Assembly: GCA_947085185.1 (NCBI GenBank) | Contig: CAMTVK010000003.1 | Coordinates: forward strand, 149,047-213,046 | Length of the DNA stretch: 64,000 bases | Source: Candidatus Fraserbacteria bacterium | GTDB lineage: Bacteria > Bipolaricaulota > Bipolaricaulia > RBG-16-55-9 > DRXL01 | Reading direction: 5' to 3' | In this document: piece after piece, positions 52,754 through 60,976 of the stretch | Position numbering within the stretch: position 1 is the first letter of the stretch | Layout: every line of letters begins with the position of its first letter | Notes under the pieces: generated by a model | Seen by the model: the letters and a program-made list of their open reading frames with translations, nothing else | Databases searched by the model: none | Told to the model about the DNA's origin: nothing | Position numbers and translations under genes: made by a program

Positions 52754-53531
52754 TCAAGTCCTTGCAAGCGCAAGGTCTTCAGCGATCTCGCGTATCCTCT
52801 GGGGATCAGGGAACTCTATACGACAGCGATCACGACGGATCAGGCCTCGCTTGATAAATTTGCACAGCACCACCGAGACGCTCTCTGGGGTGCTGCCCAC
52901 AAGATCAGCAATATTATAGTTGCTCAGCAGCAGCTCATTACTCTGGAGGGAGAATAGCTGAGAATGATTGCACAAACGTTCGTAATCTGCCCCCCCCCCC
53001 CCCGAATTGAGCAAACGTTTGCTTTTCGTGTAGATAACTTAACAAATAGGCAATCTTCTCTTCGATGCTGGCGTGGAGCGCAGAGCTTAGGCGACGTTGC
53101 ACGGCACCAGCGATTTGAGCAACTCGGCGACTGATCTCGCCCAAAAATTCCGGGCGACGACGTATCAGCTCAAGGAGCTGAACGCGGTCGAGCCGGATGG
53201 CTATGGTCTTAGAGAGCGTTTGGGCGGAGGTGTCAAACTCCGGTTCTTGAGCGAGCAGCTCACGCGCGCCGAGCAGCTCTCCGGGGCCGCAGATGTCTAT
53301 CCCGGCGACCTTGCCGCGCACGGTGCGTCGGGTGACTATGACGAAACCGCTACAGATGCTGTAACAGCACAGCACTGGGTCTCCCTGCTCGATCAGGATC
53401 GTGCCGCGGCGATAGATGCTCAAGCGCGGGGTGATGAGCTCCTTCGGCAGCCAATGGAGCAGACAGCCCTTGTTGGGGCAGCAGCTTGTCTGGTGGGAGC
53501 GCGCAGGAGAATCTGTCAATTTGATGGCCAT
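52754..53531 (-). pseudogene. Crp/Fnr family regulator split by a frameshift in a G14 tract (possibly phase-variable)
   Basis: cNMP-binding-fold domain in 52938..53531; HTH LSNYNIADLVGSTPESVSVVLCKFIKRGLI in 52754..53014; C14 at 52990-53003. Confidence 0.8.
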
Positions 53532-53567
53532 AGCACCTCCTTGGGGGTCTCTCCCGGCCCCTTCTCT

Positions 53568-53768
53568 TTAGGGAAGGGGGTTGGGGTTAGGTTTTTCCGC
53601 CTCGAGCTCGTCCAGGTATCTCTCGACGGCCTCCAGCACGAGAAAGTTGAGCGACCGTTTTTGCTGTTGTGCGATCTTCTTGAGGCGCTCCAGCAGCTGT
53701 TGGTGTCGTTTTTCTTTGGGGATATAGACTGTCAGCTGCCAGGGCGTCTCCCCGTTTCGCCGAGCCAT
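53568..53768 (-). CDS. ribbon-helix-helix DNA-binding protein
   Basis: LTVYIP…LLERLKKIAQQQKRSLNFLVLEAVERYL; GAGGTG SD. Confidence 0.8.
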   Translation of the reverse strand: MARRNGETPWQLTVYIPKEKRHQQLLERLKKIAQQQKRSLNFLVLEAVERYLDELEAEKPNPNPLP

Positions 53769-53826
53769 CAGGCTCACCTCATTATACTCTAGTTGAGTCT
53801 ACTTGGGAAGTGCCGGGGGCGTCCAT

Positions 53827-53904
53827 AAGCTAGCTTAAGTTCGAGCTTAAGCTAGCTTAAGTTCTTTCTTAAGGAAGCCGAAGTTCTTTCTTAAGCTAGC
53901 TTAT
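53827..53904. promoter_or_regulatory. 22-bp-period operator/iteron-like array
   Basis: Units start at 53827, 53849, 53871 and 53893 (AAGCTAGCTT+AAGTTCNNNCTT); the palindrome TAAGCTAGCTTA occurs 3 times. Confidence 0.7.
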
Positions 53905-53958
53905 GGTCGGGGAGGGGAGGTCGCGCTAGAGTGAGGGAGCAGTGAGCGGTCCATCTCA

Positions 53959-54140
53959 GAGGGAGCGAGCGGGGCGGGGTGCCGAGTCCGGGGATGGCCC
54001 ACAGGGAGCCCCGCACCCTGCCCCCAAGACAGGTGAAGGGAGGTGAGAGATGGAGCAGGTTCACAGGGCCCAGGGCGAGCCCTAATCTTCGCCCAAAAGT
54101 CAGACCAAATCTATCTAAAGGAGGAGATGTCGATGTTCAA
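53959..54140 (+). repeat. cassette leader repeat L1 (hairpin, uORF, SD)
   Basis: Near-identical to 56194-56313, 61643-61780 and 63808-64000. Confidence 0.9.
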
Positions 54141-54768
54141 CAAGAAATTCAAGCTCATCGCAACGGCGGTTGGGTTGGTGGCGGTGCTGGCGTTGGGGTT
54201 GGCAATGCCGGGGGCGACGCAACCATCTCCGGACTGTCCTCCTGTTGGAATACCTTGCGTTGATAGAGTCGAACTTGTAAAGGGCCTTCAGAATGCTTTC
54301 GCAGGCCTAACGGCTAGCACAGAAGATTTACTGGATTTCGAGCAAGCTGTCTTCTGGTCAGATGGTGGACCTCGTCAGATAATCTATATACCTCCCCATA
54401 CTGCCTCCGGCATCTGGGACATTGCGCGGCGACTTCGTGCTGGTGAGAAGATACCTGATATTCCATTTGGAGGACTTTATGTAATAGAAGATGCTACAGG
54501 CCTTTTCACCTTCAGGACCCCCGCGGCCGTCAAGCTACGGTTACGGGATGGCAATAGGGTGGTCTTCGTTAATTCCGAGGGAGACGAGGTGATGACGATA
54601 CCGGCAAATCTTGACCTTACTACACCGATTCCACAAAACCCAAGTAGGGCCATCTTCACGGTAGAAATCCGAAACAACTGGTGTGCCAAGATCAAGATCT
54701 TTTGTGTGGGGGAGGCTTCTATACATAGCAGTCTATTGTTGAGTCACCCGGATGGGTGCACACAATAA
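54133..54768 (+). CDS. secreted precursor P1 (array family)
   Basis: Signal MFNKKFKLIATAVGLVAVLALGLAMPGATQ; shared LTAxT…YIPPH…GxLYV domain; Cys-containing C-terminus. Confidence 0.8.
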   Translation: MFNKKFKLIATAVGLVAVLALGLAMPGATQPSPDCPPVGIPCVDRVELVKGLQNAFAGLTASTEDLLDFEQAVFWSDGGPRQIIYIPPHTASGIWDIARRLRAGEKIPDIPFGGLYVIEDATGLFTFRTPAAVKLRLRDGNRVVFVNSEGDEVMTIPANLDLTTPIPQNPSRAIFTVEIRNNWCAKIKIFCVGEASIHSSLLLSHPDGCTQ

Positions 54769-54921
54769 GGCTGCCTACGGATCGGTATGCCCGCCCCCGA
54801 GTACAGTTGTGCAGTGAGTGACTCCTACTTGACTTATATACATAGGGAGCAGGGACCTCTGACATTTGACAAGCCTGGCCCTGCTCCCTTAAACTTTTTT
54901 TCATTAACAAGAGGTGCTCAT

Positions 54922-55704
54922 ATGTGGTGGGGTTTCAAATTAGCAGGCTTCTTCGTTGCAATTCTGGGATTATCTCTCGTCTTTTCGCTCTTGGTCAACT
55001 TGTGGAGTCAAAAGGCTCTACCGCGTGACCCCTCCACCGGCAAACTCAACATTAAGGTTGATCCTTGGATTCTCGCATTGGTGGTCTTAGGCACATCACT
55101 TTTGATGGTGCGGTATCTTGACCATCGGCCTCTCGCGAGTCTGGGGCTTCATTTTTACTCTTCGTGGTGGATGGAGCTTGCTCTGGGAATCGTTTTTGGA
55201 AGCGCCATGTTGATTAGTATGGCAACCCTGCTGTGGGCCTTCAGCAGGCAGAATCCATTTATGAAGTTCTCGATGACCCCATATTCCACACTGCTAAGCC
55301 ATTTGCGTGGCTCTCTCGGAGAAGAGCTTGCTGTTCGTGGTTATCCCCTTCAGGTTCTTATAGATGCGCTTGGCACATATCCTGCTCTCTTAGCAACCTC
55401 TGCTTTCTTTGGGCTTTTGCATTATCGAGATCAGCGCTTGATCGGAGCGATAGACACCGGGTTGGTCGGTTTGCTTTTGGCTACGACTATACTCAAAATG
55501 AATGCCCTCTGGCTAGCGGTCGGCATCCATTTCGGTTGGAACTTTGTAGAAGCGCTTCTCAGTCTGGGAGAAGTCACTTCCCGAGAGCGCTATCTGGCCG
55601 AGATGATGGTCATTGTCCTTTTCTGGCTTCTTCTGATATTGCTGCCGATCCAACCGCACCCGGAGATGGAAAGGCTTTGGAACGAGTATATTGTGCAGCC
55701 TTAG
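54922..55704 (+). CDS. CPBP/Abi (CAAX) intramembrane metalloprotease
   Basis: EELAVRGY, FGLLH, HFGWN. Confidence 0.88.
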   Translation: MWWGFKLAGFFVAILGLSLVFSLLVNLWSQKALPRDPSTGKLNIKVDPWILALVVLGTSLLMVRYLDHRPLASLGLHFYSSWWMELALGIVFGSAMLISMATLLWAFSRQNPFMKFSMTPYSTLLSHLRGSLGEELAVRGYPLQVLIDALGTYPALLATSAFFGLLHYRDQRLIGAIDTGLVGLLLATTILKMNALWLAVGIHFGWNFVEALLSLGEVTSRERYLAEMMVIVLFWLLLILLPIQPHPEMERLWNEYIVQP

Positions 55705-55707
55705 AAG

Positions 55708-55780
55708 GGGCCACTACAACAATGAATCTGCGCAAAGTTCTTCAGACGCTGGAGCTGGCCGCGGGCTGCGGGGCCGTAGG
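55708..55780 (+). repeat. cassette closing repeat R1
   Basis: CAGACGCTGGAGCTGGCCGCGGGCTGCGGGGCC core, shared with R2-R4. Confidence 0.7.
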
Positions 55781-55961
55781 CTACTTGGCTTTCTTCAAGA
55801 AATCCTCCGGCGTGAGAGCCATCTCCCTCTGCTCCGCTTGGTTGACTCTTGAGAATTTGGTAAGAGGCCTTCCAAAGTGCCTTCCTTGTCCCTGGCTCGA
55901 CCTCCTTGGTCAGCCAGTTGATGAGGACGTCTGTGTCCAAGAAGACCCTAGTAGCGGCCAT
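55781..55961 (-). pseudogene. PIN-domain (VapC-like) toxin, internally deleted
   Basis: N-terminus VFLDTDVLINW; out-of-frame C-terminus ALTPEDFLKKAK*. Confidence 0.7.
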
Positions 55962-56139
55962 ACCCGCTCTCGCGCAGCTCTCTCAGATATTCTGTGCTGG
56001 TCTTCTCTTTGGGTATGGCGTCCTCAAAGGCTCCCAGCAGCTCGTCCACCACACCAGTCTTCTTGGTGGGGGCAGGGGCACTGATTGTGTAGCCGAAGTT
56101 TTCCATCAGCTTTACCAACTCTTGGAGAGCTAGGGGCAT
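55948..56139 (-). CDS. putative antitoxin
   Basis: 63 aa ending STEYLRELR (VapB-like tail); overlaps the PIN start. Confidence 0.65.
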   Translation of the reverse strand: MPLALQELVKLMENFGYTISAPAPTKKTGVVDELLGAFEDAIPKEKTSTEYLRELRESGYGRY

Positions 56140-56193
56140 AGCTTGGTCCTCCTCTCTGAGCTCGATTGTACACAACTCTCACGCCATCAGCCA

Positions 56194-56313
56194 GATGGCC
56201 CACAGGGAGCCCCGCACCCCGCCCCAAGACTCAAGGTGAAGGGAGGTGAGAGATGGAGCAGATTCACAGGGCCTAGGGCGAGCCCTACCTTCGCCCGAAA
56301 GTCAGACCAAATC
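56194..56313 (+). repeat. cassette leader repeat L2 (5'-truncated)
   Basis: GATGGCCCACAGGGAGCCCCGCACCCCGCCCC…GTCAGACCAAATC. Confidence 0.88.
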
Positions 56314-56321
56314 CATTTGAA

Positions 56322-56383
56322 CAAGTTCCAAGTGACAAGTTACAAGTTCTGAACTTTGAACTTGGAACTTTAAACTTTGAACT
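56322..56383. repeat. heptamer palindromic repeat (CAAGTTN)4 / (GAACTTN)5
   Basis: CAAGTTC CAAGTGA CAAGTTA CAAGTTC T GAACTTT GAACTTG GAACTTT AAACTTT GAACT. Confidence 0.8.
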
Positions 56384-56384
56384 G

Positions 56385-56632
56385 TCTCACAGCGGTGCTG
56401 GTGTTGGGGTTGGCAATGCAAGCAGCAGCAAGCGAAGTATTACTAGACCCCGAGGGTCGTGAAGAAGTTTCCGAGCGGCATCGAGTTCATCCGGGCAGGC
56501 ATGGTGCTGTTTGAATCTCTTCCTGGTACTGCTGGTGACGCCAAAACCCTTGACGCAGCGCCCTTAGATGACAAGTGCAACTGCGCGGTAGCAGTAGCGA
56601 TCATAATCGCTGCTTTGATCGCACTGCTCTAG
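56385..56632 (+). pseudogene. remnant of secreted precursor P2
   Basis: AVLVLGLAM (signal tail) joined to VLLDPEG/VVKKF…DDKCNCAVAVAIIIAALIALL* across a frameshift. Confidence 0.6.
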
Positions 56633-56776
56633 CATAATCGCCTCTGATAGGCTAGCAACCGAAACAAGAGATCAGGCCGGTGGTTCAGTCCGCTCCTGCT
56701 GAGCCCGCCGGCATTATTTGACAAAGCGGTGGGCATTAAATTAAATTAAGATAGCATCAACAAAGGGGGCAAGTGG

Positions 56777-57511
56777 TTGATTGAGGTTTTTGACCTAAAG
56801 AAGCATTTTGGCACCACCAAGGCAGTAGATGGGGTCAGCTTTGCTGTACAGCGGGGCGAGATCTTCGGACTCTTGGGCCCTAACGGGGCTGGCAAGACCA
56901 CAACCCTGCGCATGCTCGCTACTATTCTGCAACCGACAGAGGGCGACGCGATCATTAACGGCTATAGCATATACCGAGACCCACAACAAGTGCGCCGACA
57001 ACTGGGAGTGCTTGCCGAACAGACCGGTCTCTATGACCGCCTGACTGCCGAAGAAAATGTGCGTTACTTTGCCCGCTTACGCCGACTCCCAGAAAGCGTC
57101 ATCAATCGTAGGATCGCCGAGCTCTTTCCCAAGCTGGGCATCGATAAGTACGCCCACAAACGCGCCGGACAACTCTCCAAGGGGATGAAGCAAAAGGTGG
57201 CCATCGCCATCGCGATCATTCATGACCCCCCTGTAATGATATTCGATGAGCCCACCTCGGGTCTGGACATTATCGCAGCCCGCGAGGTGCGAGAGTTCAT
57301 TAAGGCCTGTAAGCACTCAGACAAGGCTATGATTCTCTCAACGCACATCATGTCCGAAGCCGAGAAGCTCTGCGACCGGATTGCCATCATCAATGGTGGA
57401 AAGATCGTGGCAAACGGAACATTTGCCGAGCTACAGCAGCATAGCGGCAAGAGAGAGCTAGAAGAAATCTTCGTTAAGCTGGTTGCAGAGGGGGAAGCTT
57501 ATGGAGCTTAA
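56777..57511 (+). CDS. ABC transporter ATP-binding protein (NatA-like)
   Basis: GPNGAGKTT, LSKGMKQK, FDEPTSGLD, STH. Confidence 0.92.
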   Translation: MIEVFDLKKHFGTTKAVDGVSFAVQRGEIFGLLGPNGAGKTTTLRMLATILQPTEGDAIINGYSIYRDPQQVRRQLGVLAEQTGLYDRLTAEENVRYFARLRRLPESVINRRIAELFPKLGIDKYAHKRAGQLSKGMKQKVAIAIAIIHDPPVMIFDEPTSGLDIIAAREVREFIKACKHSDKAMILSTHIMSEAEKLCDRIAIINGGKIVANGTFAELQQHSGKRELEEIFVKLVAEGEAYGA

Positions 57512-58709
57512 TCAAGTGCGGGTCGTTCTGGGCAAGGAATTGGTGGACTCGTTCCGCGACCTGCGGAGCACATGGCTGATGATTTTAACCCCGGTTGCTC
57601 TGGCGCTGCTCTATTTCTTCGGCGCGGCTTACGGCCCCTCAGCTCAGCTAGAGAAACAGCGTGAGATGGCACAAGAAATTGCAATCGTTACGAATAGTCG
57701 CAATGAACGCTTAACTCGGGAGTGGAAAGAATTGTTGGGCAAAAGGGGTCTCATCATGAAAGAAACAATCGATCCGGAGCGGGCCTTGGCCGAGCGGGAT
57801 CTGGCGGCGGTGCTCGTCTTGCCTAACGATTTTTCAGATCTCCTCGAGCGCGGCGAGCCTGCCTCGGTCGTGCTGAAGTTCGATGCTCTGAGGATTGAAT
57901 CTCAGATCGCACGCGAGAAACTTAGAGCTTTCTTGCAAGATTACGAACAGACCGTCATCGCGCAGCGGTTGGCGGACCGTAATGTCCCACCAGATGTCCT
58001 AGAAGCCGTGGTCGTCCGCGAAGAGAACACAGCCCCCCGTGGTGGCGTGGCGTGGATGCGGGTGGGACTCATGCTGTCGTTTCTCTTGCTTGGTTGGAGT
58101 GTAGCAAGCGTCTTCAATGTGGCGGCGGATCTGACAGCGGGGGAAAAGGAGCGCGGCACGTTGGAGGCGCTGCTCGCCATGCCCACGGGGCGCTTGGACA
58201 TAGTACTGGGGAAATTTCTGGCCGTGTTGGTCATAACTCTGTGCACGATGGCTTCCAGCGTACTGAGCTTATGGCTCTTGGTCGAGCTTCTCGGTCCTAC
58301 ACTGCTCTCCAGCGGGTTCCTGCAGGATTTTACGCACGCGCTAGCTCCTCCAGTCTTGGGACCGGCGGTCGTTGTCGCGAGCTTCACCGCGGCCTTGATG
58401 GGAGCACTGAGTTTAGCTCTTTGTCTGCGGGCCCGCAGTTCGCGCGAGGCCCATAGCTACTCTATGCCTATCTTCCTAGGAGTCGCGTTTGCTATATTCT
58501 TCGTAGAGTTCCGCGAGATTGGGATCTCACTGCCAGCTCTGGTTATCCCGGTGTACAATGCCGTGTTGATCCTCCGAGAGCTGTTCCAAGGGCAGCTGAA
58601 TCCAACGCATTTGGGGGTCACTCTGGCTGTTCTCGCCCTGTGCGCGGTTGTTGGACTCTGGCTCGCAGTGCGCGCCTTCAAGAGCGAAAAGGTTTTGTTC
58701 CGGCAGTAG
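57501..58709 (+). CDS. ABC-2 type permease (NatB-like)
   Basis: KELVDSFRD, AGEKERGTLEALL…VLGKF. Confidence 0.88.
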   Translation: MELNQVRVVLGKELVDSFRDLRSTWLMILTPVALALLYFFGAAYGPSAQLEKQREMAQEIAIVTNSRNERLTREWKELLGKRGLIMKETIDPERALAERDLAAVLVLPNDFSDLLERGEPASVVLKFDALRIESQIAREKLRAFLQDYEQTVIAQRLADRNVPPDVLEAVVVREENTAPRGGVAWMRVGLMLSFLLLGWSVASVFNVAADLTAGEKERGTLEALLAMPTGRLDIVLGKFLAVLVITLCTMASSVLSLWLLVELLGPTLLSSGFLQDFTHALAPPVLGPAVVVASFTAALMGALSLALCLRARSSREAHSYSMPIFLGVAFAIFFVEFREIGISLPALVIPVYNAVLILRELFQGQLNPTHLGVTLAVLALCAVVGLWLAVRAFKSEKVLFRQ

Positions 58710-58760
58710 AGGCACTACAGGCCTGCAACAAGGAGCCCTGTGGACGCTGGTCCGGGGCCA
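58710..58760 (+). repeat. cassette closing repeat R2 (degenerate)
   Basis: GGCACTACA…CTGC…GGACGCTGG…CGGGGCC. Confidence 0.5.
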
Positions 58761-58761
58761 C

Positions 58762-58844
58762 GCCGCCCGCTGCACCTCATAGCCTGCCCCACGTAAGAAG
58801 TTTACCGTCGCCTGCCAGACATCTTGATCACTGAGAAAGCGCAT
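58762..58844 (-). pseudogene. DUF5615 PIN-like toxin, truncated
   Basis: MRFLSDQDVWQATVNFLRGAGYEV; TAATG-coupled to DUF433; similarity ends at R2. Confidence 0.7.
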
Positions 58845-59074
58845 TAGATGTGAGTGAGATGGACCTCTTCCGACTTGACCAACTCCGTAGCATAGCGCAC
58901 GCAGGCTTGCACATCCTCTACTGTCAAGTCGGGGTAATATTGCTCGACGATCTGGGCAAAGGGGATGCCAGCCTGGACAAGCTCCAGCACACACCAGACG
59001 GGAATGCGAGTGCCCTCTAGAATGGGCTGACCAAAATGGATCTGCGGATCGACGACGATGCGACGCACAGCCAT
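58844..59074 (-). CDS. DUF433 antitoxin-like protein
   Basis: IVVDPQIHFGQPILEGTRIPV…YPDLTVEDVQACVRYA. Confidence 0.9.
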   Translation of the reverse strand: MAVRRIVVDPQIHFGQPILEGTRIPVWCVLELVQAGIPFAQIVEQYYPDLTVEDVQACVRYATELVKSEEVHLTHI

Positions 59075-59136
59075 CTGCTCCTCTCTGTAACAGTAGCTGG
59101 CCTCATTGTATAGCTATCCTGGCCTTGAGGCAACTT

Positions 59137-59835
59137 GTGTACAACAAGGAGTTCAAGCTCATCGGAACGGCGGTCGGGTTGGTAGCGGTGCTGATGATGG
59201 TGTTAGCGGTGCCGGGGGCGACGCAAGGCTCCTTCTCACGTCAAGCGCTTGTCAGCGCTTTAAAGAGTGAAATTGGTCCTCTGCTAACCGCTGCTACCGC
59301 TGAGTTGATTAATCCAGAGAATGCGACGTTTTTCTCGTCCAATAGGGCTACGTCAGCTTATATTCCACCCCATCCTTCTGCCTTCTCAGCTCAGCTCTTT
59401 AGAGATTTTATGTCCGGTAAGGCAGAAGGTATCTTGATGGGGGCCGTTTATGTAAGCGAGGATGTTCCTGGATCTTTGAACAAAGGTCTCTATCGGATTA
59501 AAGCTCTTAACCGAGAATGGGTGGTGGTGCTCAATCAAGAAGGCGAAGTGGTAAGAAGGGCCCGGATTCGGTGGTTAGTGGATGATGTAGAAGGTATCGC
59601 CTCAAATCCTTCGTACTGGGGAAAGGACAACTATATACAACTTTCTGTTGGCAGTGTAGATAACATTCATCGTTTCAACGGCGGCGGGGGCGGGGGCGGG
59701 GGCGGGACTACACAGCCGCCTCCACCGCCACCGCCGCCTGAGCCTCAGCCTTTGTCTTTCAAGCACACCGTCTCAATCTGTACGCCTACCATTATTATTG
59801 TATATTGTTTCACCTTTATGGAGGTTCACATTTAG
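59137..59835 (+). CDS. secreted precursor P3 (array family)
   Basis: (M)YNKEFKLIGTAVGLVAVLMMVLAVPGATQ; LTAAT…YIPPH…GAVYV; Gly9/Pro8 linker; C-x8-C tail. Confidence 0.8.
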   Translation: MYNKEFKLIGTAVGLVAVLMMVLAVPGATQGSFSRQALVSALKSEIGPLLTAATAELINPENATFFSSNRATSAYIPPHPSAFSAQLFRDFMSGKAEGILMGAVYVSEDVPGSLNKGLYRIKALNREWVVVLNQEGEVVRRARIRWLVDDVEGIASNPSYWGKDNYIQLSVGSVDNIHRFNGGGGGGGGGTTQPPPPPPPPEPQPLSFKHTVSICTPTIIIVYCFTFMEVHI

Positions 59836-59937
59836 GCTTGGCAAACCCTAGCTTTTTGCTACCAGCCTAAGACGAAGAGGTGGCCGAGGGAAGTTTGACA
59901 CCCGCTTCCCTCGGCCATTATGATATAAGGGGGTTTT

Positions 59938-60930
59938 ATGTTCAAAGTCCTGCTGAAGATTGTAGCATTCTTCAAAGTCTTGTTGAAGATCGTCGCATTC
60001 CTCGTGCTGGCCTTTATTTTGGGTGTCGTTCTAAACCCGTTTATTAACCTGCTGCTCTACTGGCTACTCCAGCCTCTACGGTGGCTTGGATTACCGGAGA
60101 GACTTCTGAATGATCTGGGGCTGACAGGCAAATTTGAGTGGTTTATTATCAAGGGCTTTTCTTTTGTACCGGCCTTGCTGATAGCTTCGCTAGTTATGAC
60201 CCGCCTACTCGAGCACCGCCCTATGGCTTCCCTTGGATTTAGCTTGTCCCCACGCTGGCTCAAGGAATTTGCTCTTGGTATCCTGCTTGCCTTCGTAGCT
60301 ATGACTCCTGTAGTAATCATGCTCTACCTTTTAAATCCTTATATATCAATCCGCCCACTTTCTGGAGTTGGAATGCAAGATCCAAGGACTTACATCAGTA
60401 CTCCCAACGACTGGTTCACCGTTGGTATTGTAGTAGCATTGTTAACCCTTTTGGCGGCAGCCTTTGAAGAACTGATCTTTCGCGGCTATCTCTTCCAGAC
60501 CCTGATGGCGGCAATAGGCCAGTGGCCAACCATCTTAGCGACTTCTAGTATTTTTGCCGTCTTACATTTTAGGACTCATGGGGTCAGCGCTATAGTTGCA
60601 GCAGGCATCGGAGGGCTGATCATGGCTTTACTGTATCTTAGGAGTAAATCTTTGTGGGTAGTTATAGGCTTTCACGCTGGGGTCAATGGATTTATGGGTA
60701 TAGCAGTAATTCTAGGGCTGATTTTTCATAAAAGAGAACTCGGAGAGAACTGGCTCTACCCTGGGATAACGGGGGCCATGGCACTGATCTTGGCCATATG
60801 GTCACTGAAATATCTGAAACCCTCGGCGGAGATGGAAGCGCTCTGGCAGCAGTATGTGCCCATCGCCCAGCCGTGGGCGCAATTGAAGGCATGGTGGGCC
60901 AAACGCAAAGGCCAACGAGAGGTCAGCTAA
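59938..60930 (+). CDS. CPBP/Abi (CAAX) intramembrane metalloprotease
   Basis: EELIFRGY, FAVLH, HAGVN; shares HRPxASLG and EMExLWxxY with 54922..55704. Confidence 0.9.
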   Translation: MFKVLLKIVAFFKVLLKIVAFLVLAFILGVVLNPFINLLLYWLLQPLRWLGLPERLLNDLGLTGKFEWFIIKGFSFVPALLIASLVMTRLLEHRPMASLGFSLSPRWLKEFALGILLAFVAMTPVVIMLYLLNPYISIRPLSGVGMQDPRTYISTPNDWFTVGIVVALLTLLAAAFEELIFRGYLFQTLMAAIGQWPTILATSSIFAVLHFRTHGVSAIVAAGIGGLIMALLYLRSKSLWVVIGFHAGVNGFMGIAVILGLIFHKRELGENWLYPGITGAMALILAIWSLKYLKPSAEMEALWQQYVPIAQPWAQLKAWWAKRKGQREVS

Positions 60931-60971
60931 CGCTACGGACGCTGGAGTTGGCGGGCTGCGGGGCCATAAGG
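60931..60971 (+). repeat. cassette closing repeat R3
   Basis: GGACGCTGGAGTTGGCGGGCTGCGGGGCCATAAGG. Confidence 0.7.
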
Positions 60972-60976
60972 AGCAC

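Noticed and set aside
53827..53904. possible CRISPR array
   Set aside because: The units are contiguous 22-mers with no unique spacers, and there are no cas genes in the window.
54043..54132. N-terminal extension of P1, and ORFs 53979, 56143, 61460, 63694 and 63734
   Set aside because: These are translations of the L repeat. The SD and signal peptide place the real start at ATG-TTC.
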